Source: a virus
Taxonomy: Duplodnaviria; Heunggongvirae; Uroviricota; Caudoviricetes
Virus record (IMG/VR): IMGVR_UViG_3300032307_000691
Strand: one strand, 5' to 3'
Length of the DNA stretch: 64,000 nucleotides
This document shows positions 36,648 through 46,046 of the stretch, piece after piece. The notes beneath the pieces were generated by a model. It saw only the letters and a program-made list of their open reading frames with translations, ran no database searches and was not told where the DNA came from. The translations under genes and the position numbers were made by a program. Within the stretch, counting starts at the first letter, position 1. The number at the start of each line of letters is the position of its first letter.

Positions 36648-38102
36648 TTAAGCCATTGTTTCAGACCCCGATGGTTTCTTAGATACAAGTTTTGCCATAA
36701 CAGGTGCCGATATTCTATGGGCTTGTGCTGCCAATGTATTAAGGTGTTTCTCGTAATCAGGTGCCGAAGCGTATCTATTACCACTCTTGTTTACGAAATT
36801 GGTAATTAAATCTTTAGCGGTTCTTCCCTTACCTAAGTAATTCTTAGCCACCAAGTTATAGTATGCATTAATACCTGACTGAACCTCACTATGTTCAATG
36901 TTGGCACCAGAATCGGTGTTTCCTACGTTGAATGGGTTCTTAGTACGAATAGGTCTACTTTCTAACTTACCGTTACGGATACCACCTTCCAATACTAATT
37001 GACTGAGTGCCAACTCAGGTGGTACATATCTTTGGTATCTCATAAATGCATTTTTAGCCCCCTTTGCCATCATATCTCCTGTGATTCCCAATGGGTTAGG
37101 ACCATTTGCACTTATGAATTTTTGACAGATTTCGGCATATGCGTTGAAACCTTCGTTGGTATTTAAATCTAAATCGGTGAACTCGGCACTACCACCGGTA
37201 AGAACCGCGTCGATAAATACCTTTAATTCTTCTGATTTGACACCTCTCTCCTTGAGTAACTCAACCATCTTATTCAACATTTCAGGAGTTGCTTGGGTGT
37301 TGCCCGAACCTTTTGCCGTTCCGACACCGTATTGTAGATGGAAATGACCTCCTGTTGCTGCTCCCGATGGATTAGTGTACTCGTCGATATATGAGAACTT
37401 CGCGTCTTTTGATTTGTATTTGTTTAAGATATTAATAAAGGACTTAGCATTCGCTGAATTATATGGTTTTAAAACCAAATCAATTGCTTTACCTTCAACG
37501 TGCTTACTCTTATATCCTAAGTTCTTATGGAAATTATCATTACCCGCAGTAACGATAACCTTAACGTCTGGATTTGTTTGTTTGTAATCTTTTAGAACGT
37601 CACTAACTATTTTACTGATTTCATCTGTGATATTTCCTCCACTTGAGATTTCACTACCCTTTTCGTCATAACCTAAAGAATCTAAAGTACTTCTTAAATC
37701 AGACGCATCTTCTTTAAGTTCACCAACCTTTTCACTGGTGAATTTTCTAACCGCCTGTGCTGTCTCAGGTCCAAATAACCCATCAACACCGTGTTTTGGT
37801 AATTCATATCCCAAAAGGATTAAACCAATTTGCATTGATTCTACCGCCTTTTGCCAAGACATTCCACCTGAAGATTGTTGGGATAATCCACCAGTTGCTG
37901 ACGCATCTTCCAATGTTTTAAAGAATTCTGCAACATCTGTGGTAACTAAATCAGCTTTCTTTGGCTCATCTAATTTCTTATCTCCGTCAGTTTTTATACC
38001 GACTTTTTGAAGAATACTATCGATAAAACCCTCGTTGATTACATTGTTTCCATATGTAATCCCGTGGATTCTTTCTAATTCTTCCTGTAAGCTCTTCTTC
38101 AT
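36648..38102 (-). CDS. multidomain peptidoglycan hydrolase (PG-binding + M15 peptidase + glucosaminidase-like)
   Basis: LILLGYELPKHGVDGLFGPETAQAVRKF (PG_binding_1); SKHVEGKAIDL (M15/VanY SxHxxGxAxD); C-terminal ALSQLVLEGG...NPFNVGN. Confidence 0.6.
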   Translation of the reverse strand: MKKSLQEELERIHGITYGNNVINEGFIDSILQKVGIKTDGDKKLDEPKKADLVTTDVAEFFKTLEDASATGGLSQQSSGGMSWQKAVESMQIGLILLGYELPKHGVDGLFGPETAQAVRKFTSEKVGELKEDASDLRSTLDSLGYDEKGSEISSGGNITDEISKIVSDVLKDYKQTNPDVKVIVTAGNDNFHKNLGYKSKHVEGKAIDLVLKPYNSANAKSFINILNKYKSKDAKFSYIDEYTNPSGAATGGHFHLQYGVGTAKGSGNTQATPEMLNKMVELLKERGVKSEELKVFIDAVLTGGSAEFTDLDLNTNEGFNAYAEICQKFISANGPNPLGITGDMMAKGAKNAFMRYQRYVPPELALSQLVLEGGIRNGKLESRPIRTKNPFNVGNTDSGANIEHSEVQSGINAYYNLVAKNYLGKGRTAKDLITNFVNKSGNRYASAPDYEKHLNTLAAQAHRISAPVMAKLVSKKPSGSETMA

Positions 38103-38130
38103 ATCTAAATAAATATCACTAATAAATATT

Positions 38131-38153
38131 AAAAAACCCCTTTTCAGGGGTTT
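38131..38153 (-). terminator. rho-independent terminator
   Basis: AACCCCTGAAAAGGGGTT followed by a U-run on the minus strand; overlaps the stop of 38144..38719. Confidence 0.55.
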
Positions 38154-38719
38154 AAAAATTGAATTATTTTGTCTTTTATTCCTGACTGTTTTATGCCTTC
38201 ATTACCCTTGGGTGTGAGGACAAAGTTATCTAATCCCCAATCTTTCCAATCCTCACCGTTTTTACCCATATCCAAATCATCGATGGAAACCCAATGAGTA
38301 ACTTCAGGGTGGTCATGTAAGAATTGTCTTATCTCAATAACACGAGTCATCTCTAAATCCCAACGTGGGGACCAAATCCAAACCTTATCATTGTACCAAT
38401 TACATTGACCTAAGTTAGTGGTTACCGCAATTGGTTTTTTGATGATACCTTGAAGTTCATAGTATTCACCCAATTCATCCAAGTTTGCATGGTGTTTCCA
38501 ATCAGAACTTATAACGATTTCTGCACCGGTTTCTTCTAAGATTTGATTAAGTACTTCGACCGCTTTCTTGTTAAAGTTGTCAAATCGATACTGTAATGGA
38601 ATTTCTCTACTTGACATGGATAGTTTACGTCCACCCCATTTGTCTTGTTTCTTGTAACGACCCCCCCACTCTGAGGATAAACAGATTACTCCGTCATGGT
38701 CTAAAAATATAACTTTCAT
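38144..38719 (-). CDS. HAD-superfamily phosphatase (PNK 3'-phosphatase-like)
   Basis: MKVIFLDHDGVI DxDGV motif; tandem paralog of 38722..39294. Confidence 0.55.
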   Translation of the reverse strand: MKVIFLDHDGVICLSSEWGGRYKKQDKWGGRKLSMSSREIPLQYRFDNFNKKAVEVLNQILEETGAEIVISSDWKHHANLDELGEYYELQGIIKKPIAVTTNLGQCNWYNDKVWIWSPRWDLEMTRVIEIRQFLHDHPEVTHWVSIDDLDMGKNGEDWKDWGLDNFVLTPKGNEGIKQSGIKDKIIQFLNP

Positions 38720-38721
38720 AA

Positions 38722-39294
38722 TTAATAGTTCATTTCTATGACGGTTTTATCCAACATTGCCTTGGCTATTTCGTAATAGTGTTGGTTAAAACCATCTTTG
38801 TTTCTCGGTGAAGGTAACACATGGACAAAATGATTTCTTTGTCCATATAACATATCGGAATCATCATCTATGATAATGTAGTTCTCTACACCAGATTCAT
38901 CCATTATTTTTTGTTGTTCCTCTTCTGACCAATTTATATGGTGAAATTTTAAATCATTCTCTAAGTAGTACTGAATCTCTAAACCTCTTGGTATGTGTAG
39001 TTTTGATGTCCTCAATGATGGTGTGATTCCAATAATCTCACCACTCATGTTTTCGTACTCCCACACCTTTTTCATAAACTCAATTCCACTCATTCTCCAA
39101 GTGGATGAAATCACAATCTTTGCCCCCGTTTCCTCGATGAGTTTGTTTAATAGGTCTTTACTATTAACACAAAATCTTTGGTAATGGTCCTTACGACCAT
39201 CTTCCCATACCCATTCTTGGTATTGACATTCACCAGCTCGGTAAGCATTTTCACAATTCAATACACCATCAATATCTAAAAAGATTATCTTCAT
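38722..39294 (-). CDS. HAD-superfamily phosphatase, tandem paralog
   Basis: MKIIFLDIDGVLNC; ...ISSTWR / ...ISSDWK shared. Confidence 0.55.
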   Translation of the reverse strand: MKIIFLDIDGVLNCENAYRAGECQYQEWVWEDGRKDHYQRFCVNSKDLLNKLIEETGAKIVISSTWRMSGIEFMKKVWEYENMSGEIIGITPSLRTSKLHIPRGLEIQYYLENDLKFHHINWSEEEQQKIMDESGVENYIIIDDDSDMLYGQRNHFVHVLPSPRNKDGFNQHYYEIAKAMLDKTVIEMNY

Positions 39295-39296
39295 GG

Positions 39297-39644
39297 TTAT
39301 TTGAAATAAATTTTTTTAGGAAACTCACCAAACACAAATTTAGTCACGTCACAGAGCCACATCTTTAAATTGTAATCTAAACCCATATAACTCCTTAATC
39401 CATACCATGCCCCCTCACCGATTTCGGGACCTTCGAATCTACCTAAATGTAAAAACTCAAGAGTTTCTGAACCTTCGAATTCCTCGGTCGACATTCTTAT
39501 GAATACTTCATTTTCACTTTGAGATAATAAATCAAGAAATATGTCGGCACCCATTACCATTTGGAGTTCCCATTGTTCTCCTTCCCATTCAGGTAAATCA
39601 ACGAACCAACCTAATTCATTTCTATAAAATTTATATAATCTCAT
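39297..39644 (-). CDS. hypothetical protein (115 aa)
   Basis: ORF track. Confidence 0.5.
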   Translation of the reverse strand: MRLYKFYRNELGWFVDLPEWEGEQWELQMVMGADIFLDLLSQSENEVFIRMSTEEFEGSETLEFLHLGRFEGPEIGEGAWYGLRSYMGLDYNLKMWLCDVTKFVFGEFPKKIYFK

Positions 39645-39743
39645 TTTTTGGGTTTAGTTAGTAAACACTCATAACATACAATGGATAATCCACTAAGGAT
39701 TGGTATGGGTTTACCGCATTTTTTACAATTGTTAATACTACTA

Positions 39744-40427
39744 TTACTCATAAAACTTTTTAAATACCTTTTTAAATTCTTTATAATATAGTTTATATGT
39801 TATATCACTCCACATATGTAATTTACCGGTGGACATGAAAGCTTGAATCTCGTCGTCAATTATTTTTTTATCATCAACATAACCAACCTTTATCAAATGT
39901 CTTTTCAAATGATTATAATGGATTGGTTTGATATGTGATATTAAATAATCCATCTCAACTTTATAATTCAGATTGGTATAATATAAACCATGAGCAATCT
40001 CATGATTCATTGTTGAAGATTTGAGGGTGTCCGCACCAATCAAATACCACGGGTGTGGTGTGCCGTCATTCCGTATTTGCGATTCCCTATCGCAATAATT
40101 GATGATTTCATTCATTACCTCATCATAATTGGTTTCGGTTTTTCTAAACAACTTCTTCGCTTCAAATAAAATATTTGATGGGATGTTGTAACCACTCCAA
40201 TCTGCGGGATAGGTGAAAACATTCTTCTTGTTTGTTTTCGTGTAGAGTCTCATGTACTGCTCTAACGTGAAGAACTGTCTTCTTATTTCAGGGAATGGGG
40301 ATTCGTAGAACTCTTGGTATCTACAAAACAACATTGACCTGTCGTAATTATCTTTAATTACTGTTGCGAATATAAATGGTCTGATTTCTTCAACGTGTCC
40401 TTTAACTAATGGATTGTCTATTGTCAT
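39744..40427 (-). CDS. putative zinc metallopeptidase (HExxH)
   Basis: MNHEIAHGLYY HExxH motif. Confidence 0.4.
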   Translation of the reverse strand: MTIDNPLVKGHVEEIRPFIFATVIKDNYDRSMLFCRYQEFYESPFPEIRRQFFTLEQYMRLYTKTNKKNVFTYPADWSGYNIPSNILFEAKKLFRKTETNYDEVMNEIINYCDRESQIRNDGTPHPWYLIGADTLKSSTMNHEIAHGLYYTNLNYKVEMDYLISHIKPIHYNHLKRHLIKVGYVDDKKIIDDEIQAFMSTGKLHMWSDITYKLYYKEFKKVFKKFYE

Positions 40428-40750
40428 TATTTACCATTAAGAAATTCATTAGATAGAGAATCTGTTTTAATTTCATCGATGTTTTGCATCTCAATCTTTT
40501 TGTTCTCGTTTCTCAGTTTATTAATTTCTCTTCTTTGAAAATAACAAAGTAATAAAAGAGCCAGTGCTCCTGCCATTGTTAGATTTTTCTGGTTTTTCTT
40601 TAAAAAATCAATCATATTAAAAATCTCCTTCAGTGTGTGTTTTATTTTCTTCGTCCTCGTCCCACCATAAAAAATCCTCACCCTTATAATTGGGGTGATT
40701 CCTATGCATGTAATCAATTCCCCGTACCCAAAAGTACGAAACCACCCCAA
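40427..40750 (-). CDS. membrane protein (107 aa)
   Basis: ORF track; hydrophobic segments. Confidence 0.4.
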   Translation of the reverse strand: MGWFRTFGYGELITCIGITPIIRVRIFYGGTRTKKIKHTLKEIFNMIDFLKKNQKNLTMAGALALLLLCYFQRREINKLRNENKKIEMQNIDEIKTDSLSNEFLNGK

Positions 40751-40798
40751 CGAATGGTAACATCATAAGAAAAATCCAAAAATTGCCCATACTAATAA

Positions 40799-41014
40799 TT
40801 ATTTGTTTCTTTCCATTGCCTTCTTTAATTCTTCGGCATATTCTTTTTTAATCTCTTCTATTGACTTGATGATTCTACCGTGGTCGTCCACGATGTTACC
40901 TTCTTTATCAATAAGGTTACCTTTTTCATCCATCATGGGTGCTGTTAACATCCCATAAACAAAAATGACTGATGCCAATAAAACTGCGGCAATTATGTAA
41001 TATAAAATTGTCAT
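40799..41014 (-). CDS. small membrane protein
   Basis: ORF 40799..41074 trimmed to MTILYYIIAAV to avoid overlap. Confidence 0.4.
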   Translation of the reverse strand: MTILYYIIAAVLLASVIFVYGMLTAPMMDEKGNLIDKEGNIVDDHGRIIKSIEEIKKEYAEELKKAMERNK

Positions 41015-41445
41015 GGCGTAAAATATTTTGACTTCCAGAATTGATACCATTTTCTCTTCTGTACTGGTCGACATTGAGAGAATGGATTATCCCCAAAATT
41101 CACTTTACCTAAATATTTTGATGATAAAACATTCAAGAAAATTTCATGATAATCTTGGGGGATTGTATTAAAATCGGCGGTAATATCTACCTTTAAAACT
41201 ATTGGACCGTTATTGTGTTGGACTATTAATGTTTCTTGTAATTTAACAACGGTTGATGCCTTTATATCAATCCATTCACCGCCGTATCCTATTTCTAAAT
41301 GATTCTTGTTGTCCGGGTTTACTACTGTCATATCGTCTTCTTTTATGTTCGGTGTTACTTTCTTCCTTGCTCTACTCGGTTTCTTCGGAGATGATTGTTC
41401 CATATTGTTCTGCTGCTTTGGGGTTCCTTTCCATAAAAATATCAT
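41011..41445 (-). CDS. hypothetical basic protein
   Basis: ORF track; true start may be an internal ATG. Confidence 0.4.
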   Translation of the reverse strand: MIFLWKGTPKQQNNMEQSSPKKPSRARKKVTPNIKEDDMTVVNPDNKNHLEIGYGGEWIDIKASTVVKLQETLIVQHNNGPIVLKVDITADFNTIPQDYHEIFLNVLSSKYLGKVNFGDNPFSQCRPVQKRKWYQFWKSKYFTP

Positions 41446-41665
41446 AAGCCACTTGGTATCTACCTAACTCTACTTGAGCAGGAAAAACCTCCCAATAAAG
41501 AGAATCTTTTTGTGACTCTAATTTTTTAATAGTTTCATTTAATAATCCAACTTCTTTTTTTAAATCATCTATCTCTTTGGTTCTAATTATGGTTTGATTG
41601 ATTGCCCAAATTAAACTCAATAAAGTAATGACGATATAAAATCTAATGTCATTAAGAATTTTCAT
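41372..41665 (-). CDS. membrane-anchored coiled-coil protein (97 aa)
   Basis: ORF track. Confidence 0.45.
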   Translation of the reverse strand: MKILNDIRFYIVITLLSLIWAINQTIIRTKEIDDLKKEVGLLNETIKKLESQKDSLYWEVFPAQVELGRYQVAYDIFMERNPKAAEQYGTIISEETE

Positions 41666-41914
41666 ATAATGTTTTTAAAATACCTCCTCCGCTATACCAA
41701 GTATTTCAGCAATACAAAGTAGTGCTGCGGCACCAGTAAAATTTAATGTAAAGAGACAATAACATGCCCCAATTCGTATTCCTGACTTCACGATACTAAT
41801 TCGGAAGTGGACATTGGTTTTTGATTCTTTTTCCTGCATATTAAAAGTATAAATAATTTTTTTCAGTTTTCCAAATTGGTGACAAAACTAAACACTAGAA
41901 TTTAAATTAACAAA

Positions 41915-41940
41915 TATTTTTTAGAATATCTTAAATAAAA
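41915..41940 (-). promoter_or_regulatory. GAATATTC-type promoter-like box (AGATATTCTAAAAAA)
   Basis: Overlaps the stop of 41931..43319; upstream of a small unlisted ORF (~41683..41838). Confidence 0.35.
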
Positions 41941-43319
41941 TCGAATTTTTCTTTCTTTATTTCTAAATTCGAGAAGTTTTCCATCCTTTTGTTTAAGATT
42001 TCTATGGATTTGCTAAACAATTTATCTACCGGAGTATTAGCTTTACCATATGATTGTGATAGCTTACCCTTACGATATTGTAAGTTTATCGTCTTTTTAT
42101 TATGTGTCATTGAGAGATAAACATATGAGAGTGCCGTAACAAATTGTTTACCCATACAATTTTTCATATTATATCCTTCAGTTATGAAATCATCTTCAGT
42201 TTTTAAAACTCTAATCTCAAATTTTTCATCATCAATTATGATTGGTATTTCAATCTGATTAACGAAATCACCTGAGTGACTCACCCTAACTCTATAACCT
42301 TTTTTAAAGTGGTTTTTTAAACTCTCCCATTTTTTAAACATTAATTCAAAACTGTCATCATCTTTAGCAATGAATTTAACTTCCATATTTTTATTTGAAA
42401 GGAATTCTCTAATGGTGAGAACTTCATTTAATGAGTGTACCAATGAACTGGTTTGTAATCCTGACTTCTCCCAATTATTAAACAACTGCACTAAGTATTT
42501 TTTCTCGGATTCGTTTTTTAATGTGTGGTAACGGTTGTTCGCAACATTAATTCCACAACTATGTTCCATCCAATTAATTTGTTTTATATAATCAATATAA
42601 TTCTCACCAAACAATCTACAGATGTAACTCAATGTTCTAATGTTCACATCTCTTTCTTGTGCTTTGTTTATTTCACCAATTAGATATTTGTTTTTGATTC
42701 CATACGAATCAAGAACTGACGGTATGAATTTATATTCATTCTCCTTTAACCATTTTGATTTGGGGTAGTCATGTAGAAGGGAGTAGTAAACACCATCATG
42801 GCCTTTTATTTTCTTCCTATCCAAATGAAAGTCAACAATCAAATCATAGAAACTATTGAGGTTTGTTTTGTTAACGTAATCTTTATCCTTGAGGTGTTCA
42901 CTCTCAATTAATGGGGTTAATCTTGACACGAGATATCTAACAACATCATCACATGCTCGTTTATATTTTACTCCCCAATAATTGGTTCTCTTCTCACCTT
43001 TCAAACAACCATTTTCAGTTAGGTCCAATAGATAATCAAATCTATTATCGCCTCTCTTACTTTTATTCTTTATCATTTCTTCACCCAAACTTTCATTTAC
43101 CAATTGATAGTAAACGTTGAAGTTCCCACTCTTTAATTTCAAACTAAATCCATGGGAGATTAAAATCTTTTTGAGCTTGCCGAATCTTTTATAATCAAAT
43201 GAGAACTCGGAATAGAAATGTATATCTTCTGAGGTTTCATATAACCTCATCTCACAAACATATTCGAGATTTGTTTTGCGTTCTTTTTTAACTTGTCGGT
43301 GATTAACCAATAAATCCAT
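41931..43319 (-). CDS. large conserved phage protein, paralog of 43365..45245 (family B)
   Basis: Shared blocks IPSVLDSYGIKNKY / LLSVLDSYGIKSKF and EGYNMKNCMGKQF / EGSFMHHCVASYANK. Confidence 0.55.
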   Translation of the reverse strand: MDLLVNHRQVKKERKTNLEYVCEMRLYETSEDIHFYSEFSFDYKRFGKLKKILISHGFSLKLKSGNFNVYYQLVNESLGEEMIKNKSKRGDNRFDYLLDLTENGCLKGEKRTNYWGVKYKRACDDVVRYLVSRLTPLIESEHLKDKDYVNKTNLNSFYDLIVDFHLDRKKIKGHDGVYYSLLHDYPKSKWLKENEYKFIPSVLDSYGIKNKYLIGEINKAQERDVNIRTLSYICRLFGENYIDYIKQINWMEHSCGINVANNRYHTLKNESEKKYLVQLFNNWEKSGLQTSSLVHSLNEVLTIREFLSNKNMEVKFIAKDDDSFELMFKKWESLKNHFKKGYRVRVSHSGDFVNQIEIPIIIDDEKFEIRVLKTEDDFITEGYNMKNCMGKQFVTALSYVYLSMTHNKKTINLQYRKGKLSQSYGKANTPVDKLFSKSIEILNKRMENFSNLEIKKEKFDFI

Positions 43320-43364
43320 ATATAAAATATATATGGACTCACGGTCATTATGTAGTGTTAATTT

Positions 43365-45245
43365 CTAAAAACCAAATGGGTCGTGTTCTAAAAACCCGGC
43401 ACCTCCACCCGCTTGTGGGATTGGTACTTCTTTACCGTTAATTTTAACCCTAACTTTTTTAACATCAATGTGGTCGAGTAATCTCGAATACCTCAATGAT
43501 TTGATTCTATCTGACACAACACTAAGTGCTTTATTGAAATGTTCAGGTGGTATACGATTACAGAAATGACGTTCTTGTACAACGTGACCTGTTTTCTTAT
43601 CGTACTCACAGGTTACCCTATCCATTCCATTATTTAAACGAATAGATACTATCATTGACGTTTCTTTATTTGCATATGATGCAACGCAGTGATGCATAAA
43701 TGAACCTTCCTCAGCGTACTCCTCCTCCCTCTTTAATATCGTGGGATGAAATTCATAGATTTCATCATTGAATTCATAGATGATAGGGGTTTCAATCTTC
43801 CTTACCGTTCTGTTATCGTAAACATATTCTTTGGACCAACCTTTACGAATAGTTGATATTAGTTTGGTTAGCTCCAAGTGTTCAGTGTGAAACTCATCGT
43901 AGGTTGTTGACCTCAATTTATATGAAGGGTCGTACTCCTTTAATTTTTTAATCATATCAACGTGGTCCCTAAACAAACTGTATAATCCACTGACCGCTCT
44001 TAGTGGTGATTCGTTACCCGCTTTGACAAGTGAGTTGATGATTTTAATTATGTTCTCCTTTTCTGATTGTTCCAAATCATGTTGTTCAGTCAACCTTCGA
44101 GCATTAATTGGTACTGGTGACTGGTAAACATTCTTTTCTTTTTTATCAAAAAACTTTAAAACCTTTTCATCCAAATTACCCATGTACTTACTGTACTCAC
44201 TACCAAAGAAACTTGCGAAATTTCTTATCTCAAAGATGTCCATGTTGGTATTGGTATGGAATAACTTGTTTGTGAATTTTGATTTGATTCCATAACTATC
44301 CAACACCGATAATAAAAGTTTATTATCATTCCGTTTTAGGTATTTCTGACCCGGATAGTGGAATCGAATTAAGGACATGTAATCATTTGGTACCTTAATC
44401 TTCTTTGTTTTAACGAAGAAATCGATAAACCTTTTTAATAGGTCATTCCTACCCTCGTTCTCCCTGATGTTAGGTAACCACGAATTTAATTGACCCATCT
44501 CCTCCAAGATTGCTTGTATGAATTCGGTATCGTTGATTGTTTTACAAAACTCAGGATAGATTTTATGATTCCCATTTACTACACTAATGAAATTAAAGAA
44601 ACCATTTGATGTGATGAGACGCTCAACAAATGCAAAGGAGTTTTTTCTAAAACGTGTACTCCTACTATTACCAATAACATTTGTTTCACCTATTGTGAAG
44701 TTACCGGTTGATAGGTCGAATGTTAAACTCTCGGAATGAAATTTCCTTTTAAAGTATATTCTATTTACTCCTCTGTATTTTGTAAATTTCTTTGCCTTAA
44801 TAACAAGTTTTCCTTCATCGATAACAATTGTTCTTTCTATTGTTACTATAATAATAGATGATGAGGGTCTACCGTAATGTCTTTTGATGTGTTTGTCTTC
44901 GGTGGTGTAGAAATTCTCCCCACCATCAGTACCATAAAAGCTTATGAATGGAACTTTACTATGTTCCTTTGGTTCATCATTATCTAAATGATAATGATTG
45001 GTTTTCCTATTATTCTTTTTTTTGAAGAAGGTGATATCGGTAACAACTTTCCTAAATGGAGTTGGGCGTTTTTTAAGCTCATCAATTAAACGAACTGTGT
45101 TCTCACCAAATATGTCATCGAAATCGTAATTCTTGGTCTCATGTTTATTCATTCGTTTTAACATGATACCCCTATCCTGAATGTTACAATAATCCTTACA
45201 GACCTTGATTATCGCGTATTGGAATCTCTGATTTAATATTTCCAT
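43365..45245 (-). CDS. large conserved phage protein (626 aa, family B)
   Basis: Tandem paralog; HHCVASY Cys motif. Confidence 0.55.
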   Translation of the reverse strand: MEILNQRFQYAIIKVCKDYCNIQDRGIMLKRMNKHETKNYDFDDIFGENTVRLIDELKKRPTPFRKVVTDITFFKKKNNRKTNHYHLDNDEPKEHSKVPFISFYGTDGGENFYTTEDKHIKRHYGRPSSSIIIVTIERTIVIDEGKLVIKAKKFTKYRGVNRIYFKRKFHSESLTFDLSTGNFTIGETNVIGNSRSTRFRKNSFAFVERLITSNGFFNFISVVNGNHKIYPEFCKTINDTEFIQAILEEMGQLNSWLPNIRENEGRNDLLKRFIDFFVKTKKIKVPNDYMSLIRFHYPGQKYLKRNDNKLLLSVLDSYGIKSKFTNKLFHTNTNMDIFEIRNFASFFGSEYSKYMGNLDEKVLKFFDKKEKNVYQSPVPINARRLTEQHDLEQSEKENIIKIINSLVKAGNESPLRAVSGLYSLFRDHVDMIKKLKEYDPSYKLRSTTYDEFHTEHLELTKLISTIRKGWSKEYVYDNRTVRKIETPIIYEFNDEIYEFHPTILKREEEYAEEGSFMHHCVASYANKETSMIVSIRLNNGMDRVTCEYDKKTGHVVQERHFCNRIPPEHFNKALSVVSDRIKSLRYSRLLDHIDVKKVRVKINGKEVPIPQAGGGAGFLEHDPFGF

Positions 45246-45263
45246 AAAATTTGTGTTCGGTGG

Positions 45264-45284
45264 TCAAATATACAAAATTTTTTT
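45264..45284 (-). promoter_or_regulatory. weak GAATATTC-type box (GTATATTTGACC)
   Basis: Between the divergent genes 43365..45245 and 45318..45467. Confidence 0.3.
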
Positions 45285-45317
45285 GTGAAATCACTATTTA
45301 TATAAAAAATTTATAAT

Positions 45318-45467
45318 ATGGCAGCTAAAGGTTCAAAAGGCGGAAGTAAATCCAATGTTTCAATGAAAGTTAGTTTCGGTAAGAAAGGTACCGGAAAGGC
45401 TAAAAAATCATTCAACAAGCACGACCGTAAAGAGAAGAACTATAGAGGACAAGGTGGTCGTCGTTGA
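45318..45467 (+). CDS. small highly basic protein (49 aa), not in ORF track
   Basis: MAAKGSKGGSKSNVSMKVSFGKKGTGKAKKSFNKHDRKEKNYRGQGGRR; ATG at 45318-45320, TGA at 45465-45467; preceded by a TATTTATATA box. Confidence 0.4.
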   Translation: MAAKGSKGGSKSNVSMKVSFGKKGTGKAKKSFNKHDRKEKNYRGQGGRR

Positions 45468-45468
45468 C

Positions 45469-45798
45469 TCACTGAAACATCTGTAGAAGGTAGTAAGATA
45501 ACTTATATCCTGTAAATGCACCTAATGCCGACGGTATTGGGAACACTATCATTTTACCCAAATCAGTCACATATTTCGGTCGATTCACGATACGACCCAT
45601 GAAATAATAATAGATTACATAACCAATAAGAACAGCGATATCAGTTCGGGTGGCAATGAAAACAACCAACGTTGCACCAATAAACCCAAATGTGAAGTTG
45701 TCCCGTATACCCTCCCAAATTTCGTATATACTAGCATTTTTATATTCCTTTACAATCTTATTAAACTGAACCTTTTGTTTTCTTATAACTTTCTCCAT
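45469..45798 (-). CDS. membrane protein (109 aa)
   Basis: ORF track; three hydrophobic segments. Confidence 0.5.
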   Translation of the reverse strand: MEKVIRKQKVQFNKIVKEYKNASIYEIWEGIRDNFTFGFIGATLVVFIATRTDIAVLIGYVIYYYFMGRIVNRPKYVTDLGKMIVFPIPSALGAFTGYKLSYYLLQMFQ

Positions 45799-46046
45799 TA
45801 CTTATTTTTAGTTGACCTTATATTAATTGTAATCCCCGCAGGTCCGGCGGTGATATCATATGTGTTGAATCTATTGTCGGTCACATATCCAAAATCATTA
45901 AATCTGAAAATGATAATATCTTCCCCTTCGAAGTTTGCATGAATGGCATTCGTATAGTAATCGATGCTCGGGTGTTTAATCCAACCCAACTTCCAAGAGT
46001 TCCTATATTCTTCTACCAGTTCTTCAGGGGAAATAAAAAGTATCAT
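45798..46046 (-). CDS. hypothetical protein (82 aa)
   Basis: ORF track. Confidence 0.45.
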   Translation of the reverse strand: MILFISPEELVEEYRNSWKLGWIKHPSIDYYTNAIHANFEGEDIIIFRFNDFGYVTDNRFNTYDITAGPAGITINIRSTKNK

